A stretch of 64,000 bases of DNA from an uncultured Rikenellaceae bacterium. Lineage in GTDB: Bacteria; Bacteroidota; Bacteroidia; Bacteroidales; VadinHA17. Below, one piece after another: positions 27,754-37,715 of this stretch. The notes under the pieces are model-generated. The model had not been told where the DNA came from and did no database searches. It worked only from the letters and a program-made list of their open reading frames with translations. Each line of letters begins with the position of its first letter. Positions within the stretch are counted from its first letter, which is position 1. The stretch spans positions 12,601 through 76,600 of the forward strand of contig CAZFVQ010000015.1 of NCBI GenBank assembly GCA_964522415.1, in the 5' to 3' direction. Position numbers and translations under genes: made by a program.

Positions 27754-29577
27754 TCAGCGAATCCAAAGCCACTGGAATTTTATTTCTTCCCTGTCCTGCG
27801 GATTTATCTCCATCTCAATGTTATAGTAACCGGAATTATCAAAATTTATTATCCCGGCACGGCGCGACCTGAACTCATCGATAACCCAGTCAGAATCAGG
27901 TTCGGCAACCGTTTTGCCGCTTGATGACACTTTATGGGAAATTGTTTCCCGGGCAGCCCTTATCCGGATAGTGCCTTTGTCCGTTCCACCCTGGTAACTG
28001 TAAGATATATCAAATGTTTTCGGTCCCGGCCTGTCAATATATATTTTCCACTTCAGGGCAACGGGCTCTTCTATGGCAGCATAGGCAGGAACAGTGCCCC
28101 TGCGTTGTTTATTCACGGTTTTCAGGGCAATACCGTAATTATCAATATTCCACGGGGTAAGGGAATATCCACCATCCATGTTTTTGGCAACCAGACCTTC
28201 ATGAATCATGGGTTTCCCGTCATATTCAAGCACAACGACAGATACATAGGGATCAGGTGCGGATCCCGGCAGGGTGATGGTCGCTGAAGCCCCGTCATGC
28301 ACATATTTAAGTGATTTCTTCTGTTTATCGGCCAGAAGGTATACTCTTGAAGGTTTTGATGTTACCCCGCTGAAACACAATTTATTGTCAAGCGGATAGC
28401 TGAACAGGTGAAGATACAGTCTTGTACCGCCTGCCCTTTCCCTGCAGGTAATCCTGCCCCAGTCGTGGTAGTCCACCGGAAGTTCAAATGCCTTACAGCC
28501 ATAAACGGATTCACCATTTGTTTCCATCCATTTCCCCATTTCACGAAGGCGTACCTCAATCTCATAAGGCACATCGCCATTTGCCCTCGGACCAATGTTT
28601 AAAAGATAATTTCCGTTAAGGCTTACGTTATTGATCAGTGATTGTAGCAGTGATGTCGTTGATTTCCACTCGGTATCCCGCCGGTGGAAACCCCAGGAAT
28701 GAGACACTGTGGCAGGGGATTGCCACGGGAAATCCTGCAGCTGGCTTCCAATCTGATTATCCCCCATTTCATGAATATCCACATCACTGTCTTCCTTTAC
28801 CGAAAGACCCAAACGGGAATTAATAAGACATTGCGGCTGCAGTTCGCGAATAAGGCTTTTAAGCTGCATGAGCTGTTCACGGCTGACCACGGTCCTGGAA
28901 TGATGGATCCACATGTCGAACCAGATAAGATCGATGGGACCGTAATTCGTCAGCAGTTCCCGCATCTGGGGAATGACCTTGTTCTGCCAGTAGAGATCAT
29001 AGTCTTCGGGCCTGATTCCCGTTATCTCCATCCTGTGATTCCAGCCATACTCATGCTCCCAGTCAATCCAGTGCGAATAATAAAGGCCGAGCCTCAGGCC
29101 GTGCTTATGACAGGCCTCAGCCAGTTCCCCCAGTATATCGCGGGAGGGATTTGTATGCCGGGCAACATTATAAAGGCTTGCCCTGCTGTCCCACAGTGCA
29201 AATCCGTCATGATGCTTGGCAGTGAGAACCACGTATTTCATACCTGCTTCCTTTGCAAGAAGGACCCATTTCTCCGGATCAATCTCATCCCATTTAAACC
29301 GGTCGGCAAGAGCCAGGTATTCTTCCCCGTCAATACTGTTTCTGTACTGAATCCACTCAGCGTAGTTATTGTCATTTCTCAGGATTTCCCCTTTCCAGAC
29401 TCCTTCGGCTCCGCTGTATAGTCCCCAGTGAATAAACATACCATAGCGGGCTTCAACAAACCATCCGGCTCTTTCGTTTACAAATGACTGACCATTAAGC
29501 AGTACAAACGATGAGAAAAAAATGAAAAATACTGTCACTGTCCTTAACGAAGAATTTGCTTTCATAATTGCCTTCAT
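27754..29577 (-). CDS. GH29 alpha-L-fucosidase with a C-terminal accessory domain
   Basis: Signal peptide and the hallmark WFVEARYGMFIHWGLYS, followed by HHDGFALWDS. Confidence 0.9.
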   Translation of the reverse strand: MKAIMKANSSLRTVTVFFIFFSSFVLLNGQSFVNERAGWFVEARYGMFIHWGLYSGAEGVWKGEILRNDNNYAEWIQYRNSIDGEEYLALADRFKWDEIDPEKWVLLAKEAGMKYVVLTAKHHDGFALWDSRASLYNVARHTNPSRDILGELAEACHKHGLRLGLYYSHWIDWEHEYGWNHRMEITGIRPEDYDLYWQNKVIPQMRELLTNYGPIDLIWFDMWIHHSRTVVSREQLMQLKSLIRELQPQCLINSRLGLSVKEDSDVDIHEMGDNQIGSQLQDFPWQSPATVSHSWGFHRRDTEWKSTTSLLQSLINNVSLNGNYLLNIGPRANGDVPYEIEVRLREMGKWMETNGESVYGCKAFELPVDYHDWGRITCRERAGGTRLYLHLFSYPLDNKLCFSGVTSKPSRVYLLADKQKKSLKYVHDGASATITLPGSAPDPYVSVVVLEYDGKPMIHEGLVAKNMDGGYSLTPWNIDNYGIALKTVNKQRRGTVPAYAAIEEPVALKWKIYIDRPGPKTFDISYSYQGGTDKGTIRIRAARETISHKVSSSGKTVAEPDSDWVIDEFRSRRAGIINFDNSGYYNIEMEINPQDREEIKFQWLWIR

Positions 29578-29657
29578 TGCTTAAACTGAATATCCGTATA
29601 ACTATCATGGATCTGCTGAGCCCGGTAAATCAATTCGTCCAGCAGCTCAATCTCTCT

Positions 29658-30425
29658 TCATTTATAAACTGTTGTTTTTGAATCCAGGCTTCCAAATACT
29701 TTCTGAAGCAGGGGAGTGACCCTTGCACCAACTTCCTTTCTTATTTTAAATTCCTCATTTTCAACTTTCATAAACATTCCGGAAAGAGCTTTCCCCGTAA
29801 GAAAATCATCCAGATCAGTATTTACAGGATTCAGTCCGGCAAGTTTCCCGGCAACTGAGTTTGCGATGGAATTCCATTTTGAAGTAAGGCTGTTCCATGA
29901 TTCCTTTGTTGATATGTTTCCGACTATCTTCTTTTCCGTGGATGCCTGTATCTTCGGTTTATAAAGAGCATACAGTTCATCGAAAGTAGTGCTTTTCAGA
30001 TAATTTGTCGCGGCATTGTCAGCTCCGTTCAGAATGCCGAAGGCATCCCTGACCGTCATTTGCCTGATGCTGTTAACAAATACGGGGGCCACCTCCCTTG
30101 CAGCATCCTCGGCAGCCCGGTTGATCCTCAGTATGACATCCTCTACCAGCTTGTCCCCGCCGGGAATCCTTGAAATGTTTTCAACTATCACTCTTGCCTC
30201 ATCCGGAAGAAGGATTTTTACCAGCTCATCCCTGTAGTATCCGTCCGTTTTTGAAAGCAGGCCGGCAGCATTTACCGCCCCGGTGGAGAGAGCCTCCCTG
30301 AGTCCGTTAACAACCTCGGTTTCAGTGAGGGGGACATTTACTGTGGTCTGAAGAACTTTAGTAAGTTCTGCACATGATGTCAGAAAAAATAATGATGTCA
30401 GAAAAAATAAAACCCTTGTCTTCAT
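29658..30425 (-). CDS. DUF4197-family lipoprotein
   Basis: MKTRVLFFLTSLFFLTSC lipobox. LTETEVVNGLREALSTGAVNAAGLLSKTDGYY matches the DUF4197 pattern. The ATG at 30425 is preferred over the track start at 30452. Confidence 0.75.
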   Translation of the reverse strand: MKTRVLFFLTSLFFLTSCAELTKVLQTTVNVPLTETEVVNGLREALSTGAVNAAGLLSKTDGYYRDELVKILLPDEARVIVENISRIPGGDKLVEDVILRINRAAEDAAREVAPVFVNSIRQMTVRDAFGILNGADNAATNYLKSTTFDELYALYKPKIQASTEKKIVGNISTKESWNSLTSKWNSIANSVAGKLAGLNPVNTDLDDFLTGKALSGMFMKVENEEFKIRKEVGARVTPLLQKVFGSLDSKTTVYK

Positions 30426-30508
30426 TTGCAGATAAATTGAAATTCCCTGCAATATACAAAATATCAGAAATGCTTTTATCAGACATTTTCCTCTCCTGTA
30501 TCATTCTC

Positions 30509-30681
30509 CCTGAGAAACAGCCTGCCCGGCGCCCGAAAGGCCGGAATGTCCTGACAGGAAACAGCCTTTCGGCACCCATAGGGCCGGAATGTCCTGACAG
30601 GAAACAGCCTGCCGGCACCCATAGGGCCGGAATGTCCTGACAGGAAACAGCCTGCCGGCACCCATAGGGCCGGTATGTCCT
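30509..30681. repeat. 43-bp tandem repeat, about 4 copies
   Basis: CCTGACAGG starts at 30550, 30593 and 30636, with degenerate copies at 30509 and 30679. Each unit contains a CCGGC-N9-GCCGG hairpin. Confidence 0.9.
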
Positions 30682-30683
30682 GA

Positions 30684-31355
30684 TCAGGCAGTCGCTTTCA
30701 TCAGGCTTTCTGCAATGATCAGATCTTCAGGAGTGGTTATTTTGATATTTTCCCTGTTGCCTTCAACAAGATTTATTCTTTCCCCGGTCCTTTCCAGTAC
30801 CATTGCATCATCGGTGAATTCCGGCCGGTAATCCTGAAGAAAAGCTTTTTTTATCAGATCCGTATGAAACACCTGGGGTGTCTGTACAAGTCTTATTCCT
30901 GTCCTTTCCAGCGGTTTATTCCAGTCGCCGGAAATCATCCTGAGTGAATCCGAAGGAGATATCACCGGAATGGCATTGCCGAGTCTTGCTGCAGTTTCAA
31001 AACATCTGACGATAGTATCAATGCTGACAAGGGGCCTTACTCCGTCGTGAACGGCAACAAGTCCGGCTCCGGTAATTAACTCCAGTCCGTTCCTCACCGA
31101 GTGAAAGCGTGTAACTCCGCCCCCTGCAATTTTATGAGGAATGGAGAATGAATATTTTTCCCGGAGCTCATTCCAGTATCCCATAAGGCTTTCAGGCAGT
31201 ACGACAATTATTTCAATGGAATTGTCAAACAGTCTGAATTTCTCGATTGTATGCATCAACACAGGCTTCCCGGCAATTTCAATGAACTGCTTCGGTATGT
31301 CGCTTTTCATCCTCTCACCGGATCCTCCTGCAACAACAATGGCATAACTCGTCAT
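30684..31355 (-). CDS. ispD: 2-C-methyl-D-erythritol 4-phosphate cytidylyltransferase
   Basis: AIVVAGGSGERMKSDIPKQFIEIAGKPVLMHT and VAVHDGVRP. Confidence 0.9.
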   Translation of the reverse strand: MTSYAIVVAGGSGERMKSDIPKQFIEIAGKPVLMHTIEKFRLFDNSIEIIVVLPESLMGYWNELREKYSFSIPHKIAGGGVTRFHSVRNGLELITGAGLVAVHDGVRPLVSIDTIVRCFETAARLGNAIPVISPSDSLRMISGDWNKPLERTGIRLVQTPQVFHTDLIKKAFLQDYRPEFTDDAMVLERTGERINLVEGNRENIKITTPEDLIIAESLMKATA

Positions 31356-31445
31356 GGGACAAAAGGATAATACATTAACTCCTGCTGTTCTGTCTTTATT
31401 CCTCCCGGCAAGATTCAGGGGAGATACTGGCTGATGTGGAAAGAT

Positions 31446-33098
31446 TCAGTCTTTCGTATACAGAAATCTCCTAATGCTCCTTTTAGGTGTTTTGACAAAT
31501 TCCTCGTGATGGAGTCTGAATTTGTTGACAGCCATATAATCGGGAAGCCGTTCATTAACCCCTTTTCTGATCTTTTCCAGTATCTCCGGCAGCTGATCAT
31601 CCTGGATATTATCTCTTTTCAGCATTTCAGAATCCGGGAAAATAAGTCCGATCAGTTTGTTATCTTCTTCTATTACAAGTGATTCAGCTATATAATCCAT
31701 GTTGTTAATGACAGCTTCTATCTCTTCGGGGAAGATATTCTTTCCGGATGATCCGAGAAGCATCGTTTTACTTCTTCCCTTAATAAAAATATTCCTGTCC
31801 CTGTCCATCAGTCCGAGATCGCCGGTATGCATCCAGCCTTTTTCATCGATTACCTCTCCGGTGGCCTTCTCATTTTTGTAATAACCGAGCATGACATTTT
31901 CGCCGCGGAGAATTATTTCACCCATTATTTTCTGCGGATCGGGTGAATCAATTGTCACTTCGAGAGTATCAACCGGTCTTCCCGATGCTCCGGGTTTCGT
32001 GGTATCGTGGGATGCATAACTGATCAACGGACCACATTCGGTCATGCCGTATCCCACAGTGAATCTCAATCCTATCTTCTTGAAAAAATGTTCCGCTTCT
32101 GGATTGAAGGCTGCTCCTCCAATAACAATTTCATGAAACCTTCCGCCGAATGATTCCTCAAGCGTTTCCCTGATTTTCTTGTGAAGTATCTTTTTGATTC
32201 CCGGTATGGCAAGAAGGACTTTCATATGCGGTTTGCTGATCACCGGAAGAATCTGTTTCTTGAAAATCTTCTCAATGACCAGGGGTACAGAAATAATTAG
32301 CCTGGGTCGTATGTCCTTGAATGCCTGAATGATCACATGTGGCGAAGGTGTTTTTGAAAGTATTGTTATATGACATCCGTAGGTAAAGGGAAAAAGAAAT
32401 TCAAAAGCACAGCCGTATGTATGTGCCAGGGGAAGGAATGAGACCAGCGAATCCCCGGGTTTAAGCGGCATGTTATTCTGGGCAAACCTGACATTGGCTG
32501 CAAGACTGTTATGGGACAGCATGACTCCTTTTGAAAAACCGGTTGTTCCTCCCGTATAGCTGATGACAGCAAGCTTATCATTGCTGACCCCGGAAAAATG
32601 GATATCAGCAGGCTTAAGGTCCGGATATTCCTTGTTGAATTTATCCTCAACCGCCTCGTATACATCGTTTATAGTCTTGTCGGCCGATTTTATCATTTTG
32701 AGAGTATCAACCGATACCGAAGCTTGTATTGCAGGAATTTTTGAAGAATCGATCGTTTCAAAAATCTTGTCATCCACAAACAGTATCTTTGAATCTGAAT
32801 GATTTATAAGATTCATCAGATCATCCGGCTTAAAGTCGGGAAGTATTGGTACAATCACGGCGCCATAGGTGACGGTTGCAAGATAGATCATACACCAGTT
32901 CGCGGAATTTCTTCCTGCAAGTGCTATCTTATCACCCTCCCCGATGCCCGAATCCCTGAAAAAAATATGGAGTTTAAGGATATGTTCCGCTATCTGCCGG
33001 TAGGTATATTCCTTTTCCTTATAATTTGACAAAGCTTCAATTTCCCAGTTCTGCCTTATACTTTCTTCAATATAGCCTATGAGGCGTTCTTTTATCAT
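31446..33098 (-). CDS. AMP-dependent synthetase / long-chain fatty-acid-CoA ligase
   Basis: AMP-binding motif YTGGTTGFSKGVMLSH and the late motif GWMHTGDLG. Confidence 0.9.
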   Translation of the reverse strand: MIKERLIGYIEESIRQNWEIEALSNYKEKEYTYRQIAEHILKLHIFFRDSGIGEGDKIALAGRNSANWCMIYLATVTYGAVIVPILPDFKPDDLMNLINHSDSKILFVDDKIFETIDSSKIPAIQASVSVDTLKMIKSADKTINDVYEAVEDKFNKEYPDLKPADIHFSGVSNDKLAVISYTGGTTGFSKGVMLSHNSLAANVRFAQNNMPLKPGDSLVSFLPLAHTYGCAFEFLFPFTYGCHITILSKTPSPHVIIQAFKDIRPRLIISVPLVIEKIFKKQILPVISKPHMKVLLAIPGIKKILHKKIRETLEESFGGRFHEIVIGGAAFNPEAEHFFKKIGLRFTVGYGMTECGPLISYASHDTTKPGASGRPVDTLEVTIDSPDPQKIMGEIILRGENVMLGYYKNEKATGEVIDEKGWMHTGDLGLMDRDRNIFIKGRSKTMLLGSSGKNIFPEEIEAVINNMDYIAESLVIEEDNKLIGLIFPDSEMLKRDNIQDDQLPEILEKIRKGVNERLPDYMAVNKFRLHHEEFVKTPKRSIRRFLYTKD

Positions 33099-33168
33099 GT
33101 TATCAGATTTTAGTTAACTATTTTTTCATTATCCCTAATATAAGAGGAAAAAAATATTAATTGCCGGT

Positions 33169-33582
33169 TTATACAAAATACATTACAAGAATGGCCAGCA
33201 TGGAAATAACATTCACAACCGTGAAAAAATAATTGTATTTCTCTCGTTTTTTGCTGAAAGTGCCCAGTTTACGTGCAAATATTCCGATATTCGGGGCAAA
33301 CAGTACAATCAGAAAAGCAAAAAACTCAACTCCGTGGAACACTGTTCCGAGTCCGCCTTTCACCAGTGAGGCCAGATACACAATTATCAGCAGTACTGAA
33401 AGGTATACCAAATAGCTGATCTTAAGGAGAAGTGTTGAAACCAGTCTGCGCTTATGAAGCTGATGGGGTTTCAGATAAGCATATGCCAGTGCAAAAATTA
33501 TCACGATAAAGACTGCACCCAGTATGTAATTCAATATATCCTTAAAATTAGCCACGTCAGCAGTAATTACTTTCATGTTCAT
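33169..33582 (-). CDS. Small integral membrane protein (about 4 TM segments), unknown function
   Basis: Hydrophobic segments throughout. Its start overlaps the stop of the upstream ROK gene. Confidence 0.6.
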   Translation of the reverse strand: MNMKVITADVANFKDILNYILGAVFIVIIFALAYAYLKPHQLHKRRLVSTLLLKISYLVYLSVLLIIVYLASLVKGGLGTVFHGVEFFAFLIVLFAPNIGIFARKLGTFSKKREKYNYFFTVVNVISMLAILVMYFV

Positions 33583-34550
33583 GCTTCAAGCTCTGACCAT
33601 ACCAGTGAACTTGCACCAAGAACGGCGGCATTCTGTGTGCTGAGTCCGGAAGCAAGCAGTTTCACTTTCCCTTTGTAAATACTCAGCAGGTTTTCTTCCA
33701 TATATTCCTTTGCAGGTTCAAATATAAGATCTTCTGCCAGGGCCAGGCCCCCGAACAGGAATATTGCCTCCGGATTTGTATGTGCCACCACATCGGCCAG
33801 TTTGAAGCCAAGCATTCTTCCCGTATGCAGGAATGCCCTGAGAGCAAGCGGATCTCCCCGCAATGCCGCATCATGAATTATCTTGGCATCAAGCTCTTCA
33901 AAGCTGTATTTCCTCAGTTCACTGGGCTGAATACTGTCAGCCATGATCTTAAGCAGAGACCTTTTTATTCCCGTTGCCGATACGTATGTCTCGAGACAAC
34001 CTTTTCTTCCGCATCCGCAGTCACGGTTTGACGGACCGGGCCGGATTGCCGTATGACCTATTTCGCCGGCAAAGCCGGCATGGCCGTAAACGAGCTTTCC
34101 GTCAATTACAAATCCGCTTCCCAGCCCGGTCCCCAGAGTAATCACAACAAAATTCTTCATTCCCCTGGCTGCGCCATAAATCATTTCACCTACAGCGGCT
34201 GCATTTGCATCATTGGTCACTGTCACCGGCAGGCTGGTATGCCTGCGGAATTCGGCGGCAATCGGCACTATTCCCTTCCATGGCAGTCCGGCAGCATATT
34301 CAATGGTGCCGCAATTAATATTACCCATGGGTGCACCCACGCCGTATCCCTTTAATTCGACACCCTTACCGGCTTTGTTGATACAAAGCTGGATTTTTTC
34401 ATGCAGGGCTGCTACAAACACCTCTATCTCATCATAATGAGAAGTTGTAACCCTGTCCTCAGCCAGAATATTTCCCTGCCGGTCAACCAATCCGAATATG
34501 GTATTGGTTCCCCCAATGTCAATACCTGCCGCTACTTCCTTTTTTGTCAT
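33579..34550 (-). CDS. ROK-family sugar kinase
   Basis: GIDIGGTNT, the zinc motif CGCGRKGCLETY and GHAGFAGEIGH. Confidence 0.9.
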   Translation of the reverse strand: MTKKEVAAGIDIGGTNTIFGLVDRQGNILAEDRVTTSHYDEIEVFVAALHEKIQLCINKAGKGVELKGYGVGAPMGNINCGTIEYAAGLPWKGIVPIAAEFRRHTSLPVTVTNDANAAAVGEMIYGAARGMKNFVVITLGTGLGSGFVIDGKLVYGHAGFAGEIGHTAIRPGPSNRDCGCGRKGCLETYVSATGIKRSLLKIMADSIQPSELRKYSFEELDAKIIHDAALRGDPLALRAFLHTGRMLGFKLADVVAHTNPEAIFLFGGLALAEDLIFEPAKEYMEENLLSIYKGKVKLLASGLSTQNAAVLGASSLVWSELEA

Positions 34551-34657
34551 TCAAGTAAGATAAGAATCCGTTGTTTTTCCGGATCATTCCGGCCGGAGGA
34601 TTTCGCAACATGCGCTGTTCAGACCGGATGATCTCTGTAATGACTGTTACCCGGACC

Positions 34658-35674
34658 TTATTCAGGCAGGTATATATTACCTACTTTCCTGGCTCTTTGT
34701 GGTTTATCCAGATCCAGACCCAGTGCGACACCGGTTTCAACAAGAATATTCCAGCCGGCTGCCAGCTGCAGGTATTCTGCATATTCACCGCCGTCAGGTA
34801 TTATGACTGTCGGGAAAATTGTCTGTTTTGCCGATATAGCCACAATATTTATTCCCACGCCTTTCACCAGACATTCATTGAATTGCTCCTGGTCTGCTTC
34901 AAAGGGGTCAACCCATATCAGAACTTCATTCTTATCCATCACCTCCTCAATTCCGTGAAGTGCAAAAGTCCCTTCAAGGAAATCAGATTTCTTCCTTATT
35001 ATCTCATTGGCCTTAAGTCCAAGTTCACCGGCGACACCGTTTTCCCTGCCTGCAAAATATACAAAATCCGCATTTTTGATGATCTCGGTTATCTCATTTC
35101 TGACGGGAGAAGTGAGTACCTGTTCCAGTTTCCCGGCAAATTCTTCCAGTCCTTCCATCCCCCTGCCTTCCAGGTTCCTGAGGAGTGAATCATAGAACAG
35201 TGCCTGTTCCAGTACCGACTTTGTTGCAGCTACAGCCTTTTCCCTGCCACATGAGAGGACATGGGTATCGTGTACCAGTTCCTCAAGCTTGGTGTTCTTA
35301 TTTGCTGTAAGGCCAAATATGGCATTATGATTCCCTGCCTTCAGATCGAGAATCAGTCTTATCACCTCCTTGGTCTGTCCGGAATTTGAGGACGCAAACA
35401 CTGCCATGTCATCCAGTGCATATTCCCTGACCTGTGTGGATCCTTCGGTAAAGACAGGCATTCCGAATCCTCTTTTCAGCATGGCGGAAATTGCCCTTTT
35501 GGCGGGAAAGATCCGGCTGCTGCCCTCTCCGGTCAGCATCAGACCCTTTTTTGATTTTATTGAACCAACAAACCTTTCTGACACTTCCGGACTGAAAGAT
35601 CTGACTATTCCGGGTGTTTCCAGCATTTCTGCCACAAGGGCAAACCTGCTGTATTTTTCTTCTTTTAAATTCAT
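34658..35674 (-). CDS. SIS-domain sugar-phosphate isomerase/deaminase (GlmS C-terminal / AgaS-like)
   Basis: Two SIS-like halves: LTGEGSSRIF..ASSNSGQTKE and FAGRENGVAGELGLKANE. There is no glutaminase domain. Confidence 0.85.
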   Translation of the reverse strand: MNLKEEKYSRFALVAEMLETPGIVRSFSPEVSERFVGSIKSKKGLMLTGEGSSRIFPAKRAISAMLKRGFGMPVFTEGSTQVREYALDDMAVFASSNSGQTKEVIRLILDLKAGNHNAIFGLTANKNTKLEELVHDTHVLSCGREKAVAATKSVLEQALFYDSLLRNLEGRGMEGLEEFAGKLEQVLTSPVRNEITEIIKNADFVYFAGRENGVAGELGLKANEIIRKKSDFLEGTFALHGIEEVMDKNEVLIWVDPFEADQEQFNECLVKGVGINIVAISAKQTIFPTVIIPDGGEYAEYLQLAAGWNILVETGVALGLDLDKPQRARKVGNIYLPE

Positions 35675-35699
35675 GTTATGATGATTAAAATGATCGTTG

Positions 35700-36470
35700 T
35701 TATAATTGTTTTACCAAAAATTCTGCCAGTTCTTCCTGTACCAGAGGATCTTTCTGAAAACCTCCTCCCAGGTGCTGCCAGTAAACTTCTGCATATTCCA
35801 CTCCGGCCATTTTGCCGTAGTTCCTGTTACCTTCAAGCACATATCCGAAGAAATCATCAATCTTATGCATGTGCCTCATAAGATCAATCTGTGAAATATG
35901 ATTCGACAGCATTTCCTTCTTTGCTTCAATAACGGAAGTTATATCGACCAGGAAATGCGGTGGATTAAGCTGTGCCCCAAGCGGATCGGACAATGTAAGC
36001 GGTGAGGAATGATACAGCAGGGGTGTAACTTCAAGTGGCTTTTCCTCTACCGGTACGGGATCAAGGGAAGCCACCATTGCTGCCGACTCTACTATATTGG
36101 CCGTTGTCCGGTGATCAGTGTGATAATCATTCGGAAGGTGAGTAAACACGATTCCGGCTCTTACCCTGCGCATCAGGGAAATAGTTTTCAGTCTCATCTC
36201 CTTTGAGTCGAAAAGGAAACCATCAACACCACCAAGTGTATAATATTCTGCATCAAGAACTGCTGCTGCTTTTTGGGCTTCCCCAAACCGTATCCTGGCT
36301 GTTTCCTCCATGTTGGTGTTGCAACCGCCCAGATCTCCCCCGGTCATGGTTGCTATTACAATCTTATATCCCTTGTCTTTCAGAAGTTTCAATACTCCGG
36401 CATTCCATGCTTCGGCATCATCCGGATGTGCATTGATGGAAAGAACGACTTTGTTGAATTTATTTGCCAT
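35700..36470 (-). CDS. PIG-L/LmbE-family N-acetylglucosaminyl deacetylase (BshB1-like pattern)
   Basis: VLSINAHPDDAEAWNAG..ATMTGGDLG and HTDHRTT. Confidence 0.85.
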   Translation of the reverse strand: MANKFNKVVLSINAHPDDAEAWNAGVLKLLKDKGYKIVIATMTGGDLGGCNTNMEETARIRFGEAQKAAAVLDAEYYTLGGVDGFLFDSKEMRLKTISLMRRVRAGIVFTHLPNDYHTDHRTTANIVESAAMVASLDPVPVEEKPLEVTPLLYHSSPLTLSDPLGAQLNPPHFLVDITSVIEAKKEMLSNHISQIDLMRHMHKIDDFFGYVLEGNRNYGKMAGVEYAEVYWQHLGGGFQKDPLVQEELAEFLVKQL

Positions 36471-36479
36471 AATATATAT

Positions 36480-37688
36480 TTATTTAATTTTTACCATTTT
36501 CTTTTCAAGCCTCGTGAATTCAGGAAGGTCACCCACCAGAGGCCTGATATATTCCATGAATTCCTCCGACACATTATTTCTTTCTTCATTGAAATAATCC
36601 TCGGGCATGGGTTTGGCTGCAATAGCCACTTCCTTCAGCGGGACTTTCCCGAAACGGATCATATATGGCTCATCCGACATTCTGTTGATGCTCACCATGT
36701 ATCCTGTTTCTCCCTTATTTGCCAGTTTGACTGCCTCTACACCGCAGAGATAGGCTTCCTCAAGATCCGTTTGAGAGGCTCTTACAAAATCACTCATTAT
36801 CAGCGATTCGGTAATCTGGAATTCCCCGCGGTATCCGAATTTTTCAGTTATCATCCTGTGAAGATTAATAGCCACACTGGTACCTCCCATGGCTCCAAAC
36901 TCTATATTATTGAATTTATCCTTTGTGTCCGAAGCACTGACAGGTGTACCGTCGGCATATTTCAGTCCTTCCCCGCAGACTACCGACACCCATCCGTAGT
37001 TTTTGATGCATTTCTCAACATCAGTCAGGAATTTTTCACGGTCAAAGACAAATTCCGGAGTATAGACCAGATGAGGCGCATCATCCTCTTCCCTGCGGGC
37101 CATGGCTGTTGCTGCAGCCAGCCATCCTGCATCCCTTCCGATAGTCTGATATATCAGGAATTTATCGACTCTCTGCATGTCCCTGGCAAGAATCCCGGAC
37201 TGCATCACATTCAGAATATTTGTCCGGGCAGCCGAAGCATATCCCGGTGTATGATCAGTTCCGAACAAATCATTATCAACGGTCTTCGGAATCCCTATTC
37301 CCCTTAGTTCATAATTCTGATCGCGGCAATAAGCCTCTACCCTGTTGATGGTATCCATGGTATCATTGCCCCCGATCAGGAAAAAATAGCGTATGTTATA
37401 TTTTTTAAGTACCGAGAGTATCGCGGGCAGATCCTCATCCTTCACCTTGTGTCTTGAAGATCCCAGCGCAGAAGAGGGAGTATTCCGCAGTCCCTTGATC
37501 ACCGAGGGAGACTGTTTGCCCAGGTCATACATCACTTCCTTCATGAAACCTTCGATACCATAATGCATACCATAGATTTCACGGATATTGGTTGAAAGAG
37601 AACCGGCTTCAATGACTCCTGCCAGACTGGAATTGATAACCGAAGTCGGACCACCTGACTGTCCGATAATTGCGTTTCCTTTAAGCAT
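36480..37688 (-). CDS. pfp: Pyrophosphate-dependent 6-phosphofructokinase
   Basis: The PFK fold reads GQSGGPTSVINSS. IGGNDT has Asp at the position that is Gly in ATP-dependent PFKs. GIPKTVDNDL has Lys in the PKT motif. Both are the known PPi-type discriminators. Confidence 0.85.
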   Translation of the reverse strand: MLKGNAIIGQSGGPTSVINSSLAGVIEAGSLSTNIREIYGMHYGIEGFMKEVMYDLGKQSPSVIKGLRNTPSSALGSSRHKVKDEDLPAILSVLKKYNIRYFFLIGGNDTMDTINRVEAYCRDQNYELRGIGIPKTVDNDLFGTDHTPGYASAARTNILNVMQSGILARDMQRVDKFLIYQTIGRDAGWLAAATAMARREEDDAPHLVYTPEFVFDREKFLTDVEKCIKNYGWVSVVCGEGLKYADGTPVSASDTKDKFNNIEFGAMGGTSVAINLHRMITEKFGYRGEFQITESLIMSDFVRASQTDLEEAYLCGVEAVKLANKGETGYMVSINRMSDEPYMIRFGKVPLKEVAIAAKPMPEDYFNEERNNVSEEFMEYIRPLVGDLPEFTRLEKKMVKIK

Positions 37689-37715
37689 ATTTCTTATGTT
37701 TTTTTATTTGATGAT

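Noticed and set aside
28684-29421. 245-aa plus-strand ORF. Similar long antisense ORFs occur at 34571-35188, 38666-39238, 4149-4745, 20395-20928, 62638-63183 and 63032-63625.
   Set aside because: All lie opposite strongly supported enzymes (GH29, SIS, ROK, A2M, the acyl-CoA ligase and others) and have atypical composition, so they are shadow ORFs.
30358-30661. ORFs of 60-88 aa on both strands across the 43-bp repeat.
   Set aside because: They are products of the repeat periodicity, have repetitive Pro/Gly/Arg-rich translations, and overlap each other and the DUF4197 gene start.
36273-37307. 344-aa plus-strand ORF, the longest shadow ORF in the window.
   Set aside because: It is antisense to the well-supported pfp and PIG-L genes. 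Its Cys/His/Phe-rich composition resembles no family, as expected for the reverse frame of a real gene.
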